Below are positions 57,334 through 64,000 of a stretch of DNA of 64,000 bases, one piece after another. The notes below the pieces were generated by a model, which had not been told where the DNA came from, made no database searches, and saw nothing but the letters and a program-made list of their open reading frames with translations. The stretch comes from a virus: positions 15,562 to 79,561 of the IMG/VR virus record IMGVR_UViG_3300025127_000020. One strand, given 5' to 3'. How positions within the stretch are numbered: position 1 is the stretch's first letter; each line of letters opens with the position of its first letter. The position numbers were made by a program, and so were the translations under genes.

Positions 57334-60300
57334 TACACTAATCCTCCTACTGGGTCGTCTGAAGAGTTAAATAAATAATTAATGTCTTTGTCTATGGAAA
57401 CTCTACTTGAGATCCATTTTGCACCACATTTAGAACTTCTTTTTGTTTTATGTGATAAATGGTCTTTAAATTTATTAATTGCGAATCGAGTCTCTGGGTC
57501 ACTGTTTCTTAAAGTTTCATAAGTAAAGTCAGAAGGAGAACCAACATGCGTAGAAGGAAGTGATGACTTTAATCCAAACTTCATAGCTAAGTAGGCTTCT
57601 ACTTTTTGTCTAAAATCGTCCGTCACAGAATCAGAATAAAACAAAAATTCATAAATTTTACCATTGAAACCCTTTGTTCCACTTGCAGGATTACCAGTTC
57701 CATCATAACCAAGTGCCCATCCAAAATCGTTGTCTGTGAGAGTAGAAGTAATAGAATTGGAAACATCAGTTCCAACAAGAGTTCCGTTTAAAAATAGTTT
57801 ACAATCACCACCAGCTTGTCCAAGAAAAGTTACAACCTGTTTTGTTCTTAAATCAGATAGGCTGGAATAACTATGTGTAAGTGTTATTGTCCCACCAGAA
57901 GTTGTAACACATTTAGCAATAAGAGAACCATTGCTTGTTGTGTCGAATTTAAGACTTATTTGCGGCTGTGTTGTGGAAACATTTGTTCCAATTGTAGTAA
58001 AAACAATTCCCTCATCAGGTGAAGTTGGCATAACAGGTTCCACAACAACAGAAGCCATCCAAGTGGTTATGTTTTTTGTTCTTGCATAAATCACACTATC
58101 AGATGTCAAACCCTGAGTTCCACTGAATGAAACGTGGTCTGCGCCTCTAGTAGGACTGTAGGTCGTGTTGTCAGAGTGAGGAATAAGATCTAAACCTTGG
58201 CTTACCCATTTTGTAATGTTGGAACTAGTGTCTACAACTACGCTGTCTTCAAATGTTTTTGATGCATCGCAGATTTGAATTAAGGATTTATCGTTTACTT
58301 GTGTTCCAAACCTTTGTTTTGTTCCCTGATTTGCCTCAATTGTGTTGTCGTTTGAGACATTCCAATTTGATAAATAATCTTTTTCTCCTTGAAAAGAACT
58401 ATCTAAGTTTGGAATAAATAAATTGTTAGATTTTCCAAGCGGTGGGCAAATAAGCTCTTGTCCACTTGAAATAATAGATTTTTCAAAAACATCTTTATCT
58501 AAAATTATTCTACATAGTATTCCCTTGCCTATGAGATTTCTTGGTTCAGCGTAGTTTCCAGAAAAGCCAGTAATTAAAATTATGTCTTCTCCATTGGAGT
58601 CTGTAGTATTTTGAGCAGATATATTCCATCCATTTAAAGACTTCACTCCAATGTTTGTAATGAAGCTACTCCACTTAGCACCGTTCCATGTTCTGATAGC
58701 AAAGTTAAATCTTCTAAATTGCTTTTTAGAATTATAAATAATGTCTATTGCGTTCGTTCCAATAGCAGATGTGTGAAGAACATAATCACTGTAAGTGTGA
58801 GTTGAACTACTGTTATCTTCATAATTTTGTAATAAGATGCTACTGGGCGGACCTAAAATTAAATCACCATTTCCAGAATTATAATTTACTTCAGAAACGT
58901 CAGTAGTCAAAGAACCCACTGTTTCATCGTAAGTTCCTTTTGGTCTTTTTCTAAAATGAATGTGTCCATCTGATAGTCTTATGGTTTCTTCTTTTAATCC
59001 TTCAATATTTTTATCCAATAAAATAGTTGCAATCTTAAATGCTCCACCATCATAGGTTATTGGAATTGCATTGTTTTCAACGGAAGATGCCCCACTAGCG
59101 ACTCTACAAACAAAATGAATTTCCCCTTCAGATGCATCACCACTAATCGGAAATGTGTATGAACCGTCAGAATTTGCACTTATTGGTGTAGTTTTATTAT
59201 TCTTATAAACTTCTAATCCTGCAAATGAACTGTTTAAAATAATTTTTGCAGTTACTGCGGTGTCTGTTAAAGCATAGCCTGAACAAATGTTTAATGTAAA
59301 TCTAGCATGGTCTATAAAATTAATCTCACGGTTACTCGTGTGCATCTTTACTTCAAATAGTGCGCCACCATTTTGCAAAGTTCGAATGTCTGGAGCATTT
59401 TTATAAGGAATGGAATAAATGTCTTTTTGATAACGGTACCAATCTTTAAACTCTTGAGGCAGTGTTGTTAAATAATTTGAACCCTCAGTGAATGAATCTG
59501 GAAATTTTCTTAAAAATGGTAACGAGTTTGAAGAATAGGTAATAGCAGTGTTTCCTCTTTCTCCCTTTTTAACGCTTGTTATTGTAACCTTCGAGCCACT
59601 AATCGCAGTCGTAAAAGAGTTACCATGTGTAGCATCTCCATCGATTGCATTTTTAAAGTTTGTAGCAGTAGCGCTTGCAGACCCGCCTATGGTTACTGAG
59701 ACATTAGAGCCAGAAACTCCTGCTGCACTTTCAAATTCATAAACTTTTGTTACGCCGTCCCAATCTGTTAGTGTGATGGTTTCCGCATCTACGCCAACTC
59801 CTCTAAATTCTATTTCAGCAGAAGCGGCTTTATCAGGTAAAATGTCTGTTCTTTGTGACAAATAAAGCATAACTTTAGGGTCTTGATCTTCTAAAGAATG
59901 AACAGACGGGCAGATTGACGGATAGGTAGACGTTCTATAACCATTATTTTGAGAATAGGAAGGGACTATTCTATCAAGTTCTCTTGCTGAAGTAAGAGAG
60001 TCGATCTGTGCAAGGTTCCAAAAACTAACGTCGCTTGAACTCGCAAACTTATTATTGTTGCCACTCTTAGAAATAACTGATAAAGAAGATGCATCAAATG
60101 TTCCGCCATTAAAAGGCAAAGACATCCTCATTTGAGACAGGTTGACAAAAGCTACTAAGTCTGCTACATCAAATCGACCGTCGAGATTTGAATCAATGTC
60201 AAATCCCGATGCACTACTTAAATAAGAATAAGCAGAGAAAGTTGGATTAGAGTCAAGTCCGTTGTAGAGAGATTTTTTTATATAATCTCTAAAAGTCTTT

Positions 60301-61913
60301 TCATAAAAGTCTGAATAGTTAGGATAGTCGTGACTGCTTATTGCTTGTGAATAGAACAATTCTTTACCCTTATAAGGTAAATTTTGTTCATGGTGCTCTA
60401 TAAATTCTCTAAGGTCATTTGAAACTACTTTAACATTAAAAATTTCAATTCCTTGCCAAGATTTTTCTAGAAGCATTGATGTTGGAGTCCACTTTCCAGA
60501 TGTTGTGGTCCAATAATCATTTTCATGATAAACTACGTTTCCATAGTATCGAGTTCCTGCTGTGAATGTTTGATTACTAGCAGTGTAACTATCTTGTTTT
60601 ATTTTATAAATAACTTCAGGGGCTTTACAACCGTCAGGAATACAATCTTTTATGCAAAATTCTAAAATTTGATAATCTTCAACTGGAGGCATTGAATTTT
60701 CAGTAAACAAATTTGTCATAGATTCTTTGTCTGAAATAATGTCAGTTAATCTTTTTGACGTGCTTATTGGCTTTTGAAAACTTACTATTCTTGTAACTTG
60801 ATCGAAACCGAATCGATCCGAAATAGAAATAAAGTCTGAGAACCAATTACCATCGATAGAAGGATTGATTGTTATAGATTGATTTTTACCTGGAGACTTA
60901 CTATAATAATTATAACCTAAATCAAACTGAAATCCAGAAACGCTAACGTCTGAAGAAATTTTTATTTTTATTTTGAAATCGTGTGGTTCAGATTCTCGGT
61001 CTAGCAATAAAGAAGAGTCTTTTGAAGAAGAGTAATCAGAGGTGTCTTCATAGGGTTCTTCCGAACAACCGTAAAAACCTGTTCTTTCTTTTAGCGACCT
61101 TTGTCTAGAAGGGTAAGACTCTACACAAGAAATAAAAATGCTCTTGTTATTTTCTTCTTCTGTAACAGCACATGCAAGAGGTGGAACTACAATGTCAGAA
61201 TTAAGATTGTTGAAATTTTTGTTAGCCTTGTAAGCAATTGCAACTATGTCGGATAAATTTATTTTAGAGGAAACTTCACCAGAAAAATACTTATCAGAAA
61301 ATTTGTCCTCGTAAGACATTCTAATTACATTGTTTAATTCAGACTCAAACCAGAAGTTATTTTGAACTCCAAAAAGAAACCAATTTGAATTTGCCTTTTT
61401 TATTTTATTCGCCGCTGCTTCTGTTGCAACTTGATCTTCAAGAATTGTTGTTGTTTTTACAGATTTTTTAAGAGAACAATCTCTTCCACCAACGATAACA
61501 TAACATAGAATTTGACTAGCTAAACTACCTAGATAAGACAAGCCAGCCTCTCTTACTGGGTCAAACACTCCGTAAACATTATCTTTGTAAGAATAAAGTC
61601 TAAACTCTTGAGTTTTTGCATGCCCATCAACACCATTAAATCCGCCAACTACTGCCAAGATGTTTTTACAATCACTAGGAAGATCAAGATTTTCAAACGG
61701 CATCTTAAACTGAAAGCCACTAATAATACCAGTCGTTTTATAAGAAATCTCATAGACAACTACATCAGAATTTAAATTATTTATAGATTCTGTAATGTTA
61801 GTTGCATTTCTGTGAACGTCTGTGATCGCACCTAGATCTTTTAACTTGCCGCTGTAGACATTAGAAATAAAAAAATCAAAATTGCAATCTGACGGGGGTG
61901 AAGGTGTAACCAT
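57333..61913 (-). CDS. Large virion surface protein: cohesin-like repeats, dockerin-like EF-hand, C-terminal LamG
   Basis: ISYKTTGIISGFQF; ISSDVSVSGFQFDL; IIYNSKKQFRRFNF; DSNLDGRFDVADLVAFVN; LFLNG...FNGKIYEFLFY...RQKVEAYLAMKFGL. Confidence 0.65.
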   Translation of the reverse strand: MVTPSPPSDCNFDFFISNVYSGKLKDLGAITDVHRNATNITESINNLNSDVVVYEISYKTTGIISGFQFKMPFENLDLPSDCKNILAVVGGFNGVDGHAKTQEFRLYSYKDNVYGVFDPVREAGLSYLGSLASQILCYVIVGGRDCSLKKSVKTTTILEDQVATEAAANKIKKANSNWFLFGVQNNFWFESELNNVIRMSYEDKFSDKYFSGEVSSKINLSDIVAIAYKANKNFNNLNSDIVVPPLACAVTEEENNKSIFISCVESYPSRQRSLKERTGFYGCSEEPYEDTSDYSSSKDSSLLLDRESEPHDFKIKIKISSDVSVSGFQFDLGYNYYSKSPGKNQSITINPSIDGNWFSDFISISDRFGFDQVTRIVSFQKPISTSKRLTDIISDKESMTNLFTENSMPPVEDYQILEFCIKDCIPDGCKAPEVIYKIKQDSYTASNQTFTAGTRYYGNVVYHENDYWTTTSGKWTPTSMLLEKSWQGIEIFNVKVVSNDLREFIEHHEQNLPYKGKELFYSQAISSHDYPNYSDFYEKTFRDYIKKSLYNGLDSNPTFSAYSYLSSASGFDIDSNLDGRFDVADLVAFVNLSQMRMSLPFNGGTFDASSLSVISKSGNNNKFASSSDVSFWNLAQIDSLTSARELDRIVPSYSQNNGYRTSTYPSICPSVHSLEDQDPKVMLYLSQRTDILPDKAASAEIEFRGVGVDAETITLTDWDGVTKVYEFESAAGVSGSNVSVTIGGSASATATNFKNAIDGDATHGNSFTTAISGSKVTITSVKKGERGNTAITYSSNSLPFLRKFPDSFTEGSNYLTTLPQEFKDWYRYQKDIYSIPYKNAPDIRTLQNGGALFEVKMHTSNREINFIDHARFTLNICSGYALTDTAVTAKIILNSSFAGLEVYKNNKTTPISANSDGSYTFPISGDASEGEIHFVCRVASGASSVENNAIPITYDGGAFKIATILLDKNIEGLKEETIRLSDGHIHFRKRPKGTYDETVGSLTTDVSEVNYNSGNGDLILGPPSSILLQNYEDNSSSTHTYSDYVLHTSAIGTNAIDIIYNSKKQFRRFNFAIRTWNGAKWSSFITNIGVKSLNGWNISAQNTTDSNGEDIILITGFSGNYAEPRNLIGKGILCRIILDKDVFEKSIISSGQELICPPLGKSNNLFIPNLDSSFQGEKDYLSNWNVSNDNTIEANQGTKQRFGTQVNDKSLIQICDASKTFEDSVVVDTSSNITKWVSQGLDLIPHSDNTTYSPTRGADHVSFSGTQGLTSDSVIYARTKNITTWMASVVVEPVMPTSPDEGIVFTTIGTNVSTTQPQISLKFDTTSNGSLIAKCVTTSGGTITLTHSYSSLSDLRTKQVVTFLGQAGGDCKLFLNGTLVGTDVSNSITSTLTDNDFGWALGYDGTGNPASGTKGFNGKIYEFLFYSDSVTDDFRQKVEAYLAMKFGLKSSLPSTHVGSPSDFTYETLRNSDPETRFAINKFKDHLSHKTKRSSKCGAKWISSRVSIDKDINYLFNSSDDPVGGLV

Positions 61914-61940
61914 CTTCGATAAAGTCCTCTTGTTTCATAA

Positions 61941-61948
61941 TAAATAGT
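61941..61948 (-). promoter_or_regulatory. Putative late promoter motif (ACTATTTA)
   Basis: About 27 nt upstream of ATG 61913, just downstream of a terminator. Confidence 0.65.
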
Positions 61949-61973
61949 TTACTTTAAAGTTCTTAACAAATAG

Positions 61974-62006
61974 AAAAGCCCCCTACAGTTTGTAAGGGGC
62001 TTTTTT
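61974..62006 (-). terminator. Intrinsic terminator (possibly bidirectional)
   Basis: AAAAGCCCC-CTACA-GTT-TGTA-AGGGGCTTTTTT hairpin flanked by A/T tracts, 45 nt after the stop at 62052. Confidence 0.8.
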
Positions 62007-62051
62007 ATCTATCAACCAGCAAAAGGAGGAGCTAATTAACAGGAAATAATT

Positions 62052-63470
62052 TTAGCTAAGTTTCCAAGCCTTCATAAGACGCTCATTTAAAAGAGTCGAA
62101 CGCTTCTTGCGAATGCTCTTATTCCAGTCTTCTGAGATAGTTCTTGCGTCGTTTCTCATTTGAGCATAGAAGTCTTCTTGTGTCTCGGCAATGTCTGGAA
62201 GTTCTACGTCGCTTGTGTCAAGATAGTCTTGAATGTCAGATGCAGCGTATTCCTTGCCGAATCCGTCAACAACAACATCGCCTGAACCTAGCTCACCGTA
62301 AAGCCAGTCAGCAAGTTCTTCGTTTTCTTCCATTGCACGAACGTCCTTTTCGATGTTGCCAGTGAATTTCATTTTGGTTAATTTGTGTCTCATATCACCG
62401 TAACGGTCTTCTTCAGATTCGATATCGTCCTCAATGGCTTCATTCTTTTCATCTTTTTCGGCATCAATAATAGCTTTCTGAAGGTGGTCTGGAAGTTCGT
62501 CTTTCTGGTCGCCTGTGAGTGCTGGATGGTCGTCGTGCTTATCTGTGGTTGCTTCATCAACACCCTGCATCTGTGCGAGTAGAATAGTAATCATCTGGTC
62601 AACTCTTTCAAGTCGCTCAATAGCCTCTGGGTCTTCAATCATTCCAATGACACCATTGACAACATCACCGATTGTTTCAATCTGTGTGATTGTTCTAGAC
62701 ATCTCGTCACCTTCTGCAACAACCTCTTCTTCCATCGCTTTGCCACAAGTGCATTCACTTCTTGGGGCATCGCCATCGCAATGAGGACAACCCTTCATTT
62801 CCATCATGTCGTCTTCATCATCGGCTGGCATCTCGTCGTCCATAGCGGCTTGAACGTCAGCAGGTGCCTTTCCACCCATTTCTGGGTCGTCTTTAAGAAA
62901 TGGGAACTCTTTCTCCAAGTCGTCCATGTAGGCATCGTCTTCGTAGTCCATCTCCTGAATCTTGTTTTGTGTAAGAACTCGTGAGACAGCTTCTCTAACG
63001 ATGGTTCTCATTTCTTTCTTGGTGCTCATTTTTAACTTCTCCTTAGTAAATGTTTTGATAACACTCTCATAAATAGTTCCAACTTCTTGTTTTGCCTTAT
63101 AACCGTCTTCCCAGTCTCTAAAGCACATGTTACCTTCTAAATAAGCCTCTTCTTCAAGTGCTCTAAGGTGCATGTCATTTTGAGCATAGCCAGGACCAGT
63201 AGCTCTTGGTTCATTCATCTTACCTTGGCAGTTTTGCCTGTGATGGACTAGTTCATGAGCCACTGAGCGAAGGATGTCTTTCGGATGTCTACCTGAAATG
63301 TAGACGGTTACTTGCATGTTATCTGGGTTATAGTGCGCTGTAGTGCCGAGAGGATTTTTAGAATTCTCTTCATCACTGGCGAAAGTTATCTTAGCATCTT
63401 TATCAAAGCCAAGCCTGTTTTTGGCAAACTGATAAAAGTGAGATAACAATGTTTGCATTTGTTCGTTCAT
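62052..63470 (-). CDS. N-terminal HEXXH metallopeptidase domain + acidic scaffold-like region
   Basis: TAHY...RHPKDILRSVAHELVHHRQ...EEEAY; acidic C-terminal two-thirds; CPHC..CTC mini-motif. Confidence 0.7.
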   Translation of the reverse strand: MNEQMQTLLSHFYQFAKNRLGFDKDAKITFASDEENSKNPLGTTAHYNPDNMQVTVYISGRHPKDILRSVAHELVHHRQNCQGKMNEPRATGPGYAQNDMHLRALEEEAYLEGNMCFRDWEDGYKAKQEVGTIYESVIKTFTKEKLKMSTKKEMRTIVREAVSRVLTQNKIQEMDYEDDAYMDDLEKEFPFLKDDPEMGGKAPADVQAAMDDEMPADDEDDMMEMKGCPHCDGDAPRSECTCGKAMEEEVVAEGDEMSRTITQIETIGDVVNGVIGMIEDPEAIERLERVDQMITILLAQMQGVDEATTDKHDDHPALTGDQKDELPDHLQKAIIDAEKDEKNEAIEDDIESEEDRYGDMRHKLTKMKFTGNIEKDVRAMEENEELADWLYGELGSGDVVVDGFGKEYAASDIQDYLDTSDVELPDIAETQEDFYAQMRNDARTISEDWNKSIRKKRSTLLNERLMKAWKLS

Positions 63471-63721
63471 AGTTTACTGAAAATGGTTTTTAATGCACGC
63501 TTTGCTCTTGTTGCATTAATCTTTTGAGGATCTAGTTTTGACATTACAAATTGTAAAAGCTCTTCAAGTTCTTCTTGAGTGTTGATTGAAGCAATCCTAG
63601 ATTCAAACCCTGAAGCCTTTGAGACTACTTGAGCAACCCTTTCAGCGTCTTTGCTTTTTTCCAAGACTTTTGTAATCTCTTCTTTGATAATTTTATTTAA
63701 TTCTTTACCTGAAATTTTCAT
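63467..63721 (-). CDS. Small protein with N-terminal MKISxxELxxIIKEE helix (putative internal head protein)
   Basis: MKISGKELNKIIKEEITKVLE; ATGA-coupled to both neighbours. Confidence 0.65.
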   Translation of the reverse strand: MKISGKELNKIIKEEITKVLEKSKDAERVAQVVSKASGFESRIASINTQEELEELLQFVMSKLDPQKINATRAKRALKTIFSKL

Positions 63722-63894
63722 TTTTTAATGTTCTCCATAATTTCTGCACGCAGTTCTTTAAGTGCTTTCATGGCTTCAAGAGAAACCTTTCTTAGTCTAC
63801 GACCAGCAGAAGCGTTTCCCTTCTCGCACTTCTCGGCATCTTCTGTTGCTAATGTCAATTCTTTTAAAATTTTTTCAAACTTCTCTACTATCAT
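63718..63894 (-). CDS. Histone H1-like protein (Hc1 family core)
   Basis: True start is probably ATG 63894 (GGAGG RBS); EDAEKCEKGNASAGRRLRKVSLE..K.LKELR matches the KGNxxAGxRxRK Hc1 signature. Confidence 0.8.
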   Translation of the reverse strand: MIVEKFEKILKELTLATEDAEKCEKGNASAGRRLRKVSLEAMKALKELRAEIMENIKK

Positions 63895-63919
63895 TTTATA
63901 AAGCCTCCAATTCAACTAA

Positions 63920-63927
63920 TAAATAGT
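63920..63927 (-). promoter_or_regulatory. Putative late promoter motif (ACTATTTA)
   Basis: About 25 nt upstream of ATG 63894. Confidence 0.65.
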
Positions 63928-64000
63928 TAGAACTTTACAAAATGCACAAGATGAAAAAACCGCAGATAATATAGAGATAGACCAAAAAGCAGGTGAAAAT

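Noticed and set aside
2728-62984. The many 60-120 aa ORFs nested in or antisense to long genes (e.g. 14037, 15747, 31980, 47956, 50382, 62515)
   Set aside because: No recognisable motifs; they have the Ser/Phe/Leu-rich composition expected of antisense or alternative frames of acidic proteins.
1-64000. Stop-codon reassignment, introns or inteins
   Set aside because: Standard-code ORFs tile the window tightly and TAA, TAG and TGA all serve as true stops. No intein splice motifs or interrupted genes were evident by eye.
63930-64000. Protein-like reading on the plus strand (LQNAQDEKTADNIEIDQKAGEN) and hydrophobic minus-strand frames at the right edge
   Set aside because: Too short. The plus frame has no standard start codon after an upstream stop, and this cannot be resolved without flanking sequence.

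Overview
A 64-kb, AT-rich, gene-dense segment of a large myovirus-like (jumbo/huge) bacteriophage, read in the standard genetic code. All credible genes are on the minus strand except one lipoprotein serine protease. From left to right it holds: (1) recombination/replication genes (a probable Mre11/SbcD-Rad50/SbcC fusion that runs off the left edge and is missing from the ORF track, a DnaG-type primase, a RuvC-like resolvase); (2) a long baseplate/tail module (tail-collar-like paralogs, a 3,775-aa LamG protein, gp6- and gp25-like wedge proteins, and hub proteins carrying two different predicted peptidoglycan enzymes); (3) a T4 gp55-like late sigma factor; (4) accessory genes (two GT4 glycosyltransferases, a Cas4-like nuclease, a zinc metalloprotease, PIN-PhoH, HNH, a DUF2827-like protein, a Fis-like protein); (5) a cluster of acidic putative head/internal proteins, including a 987-aa four-enzyme polyprotein; (6) two giant proteins with tandem cohesin-like and dockerin-like modules; (7) an Hc1-like histone mimic. 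A strand-specific motif, (A/T/C)CTA(T/A/C)TTA, precedes 11 genes and is the probable late promoter. Three sigma70-type promoters precede non-structural genes. The leading candidates for novel systems are a cohesin-dockerin (cellulosome-like) assembly on a phage, and a set of head-packaged, Glu-cleaved enzyme cargoes sharing a targeting helix. All family assignments come from motifs read by eye; no database search was run.
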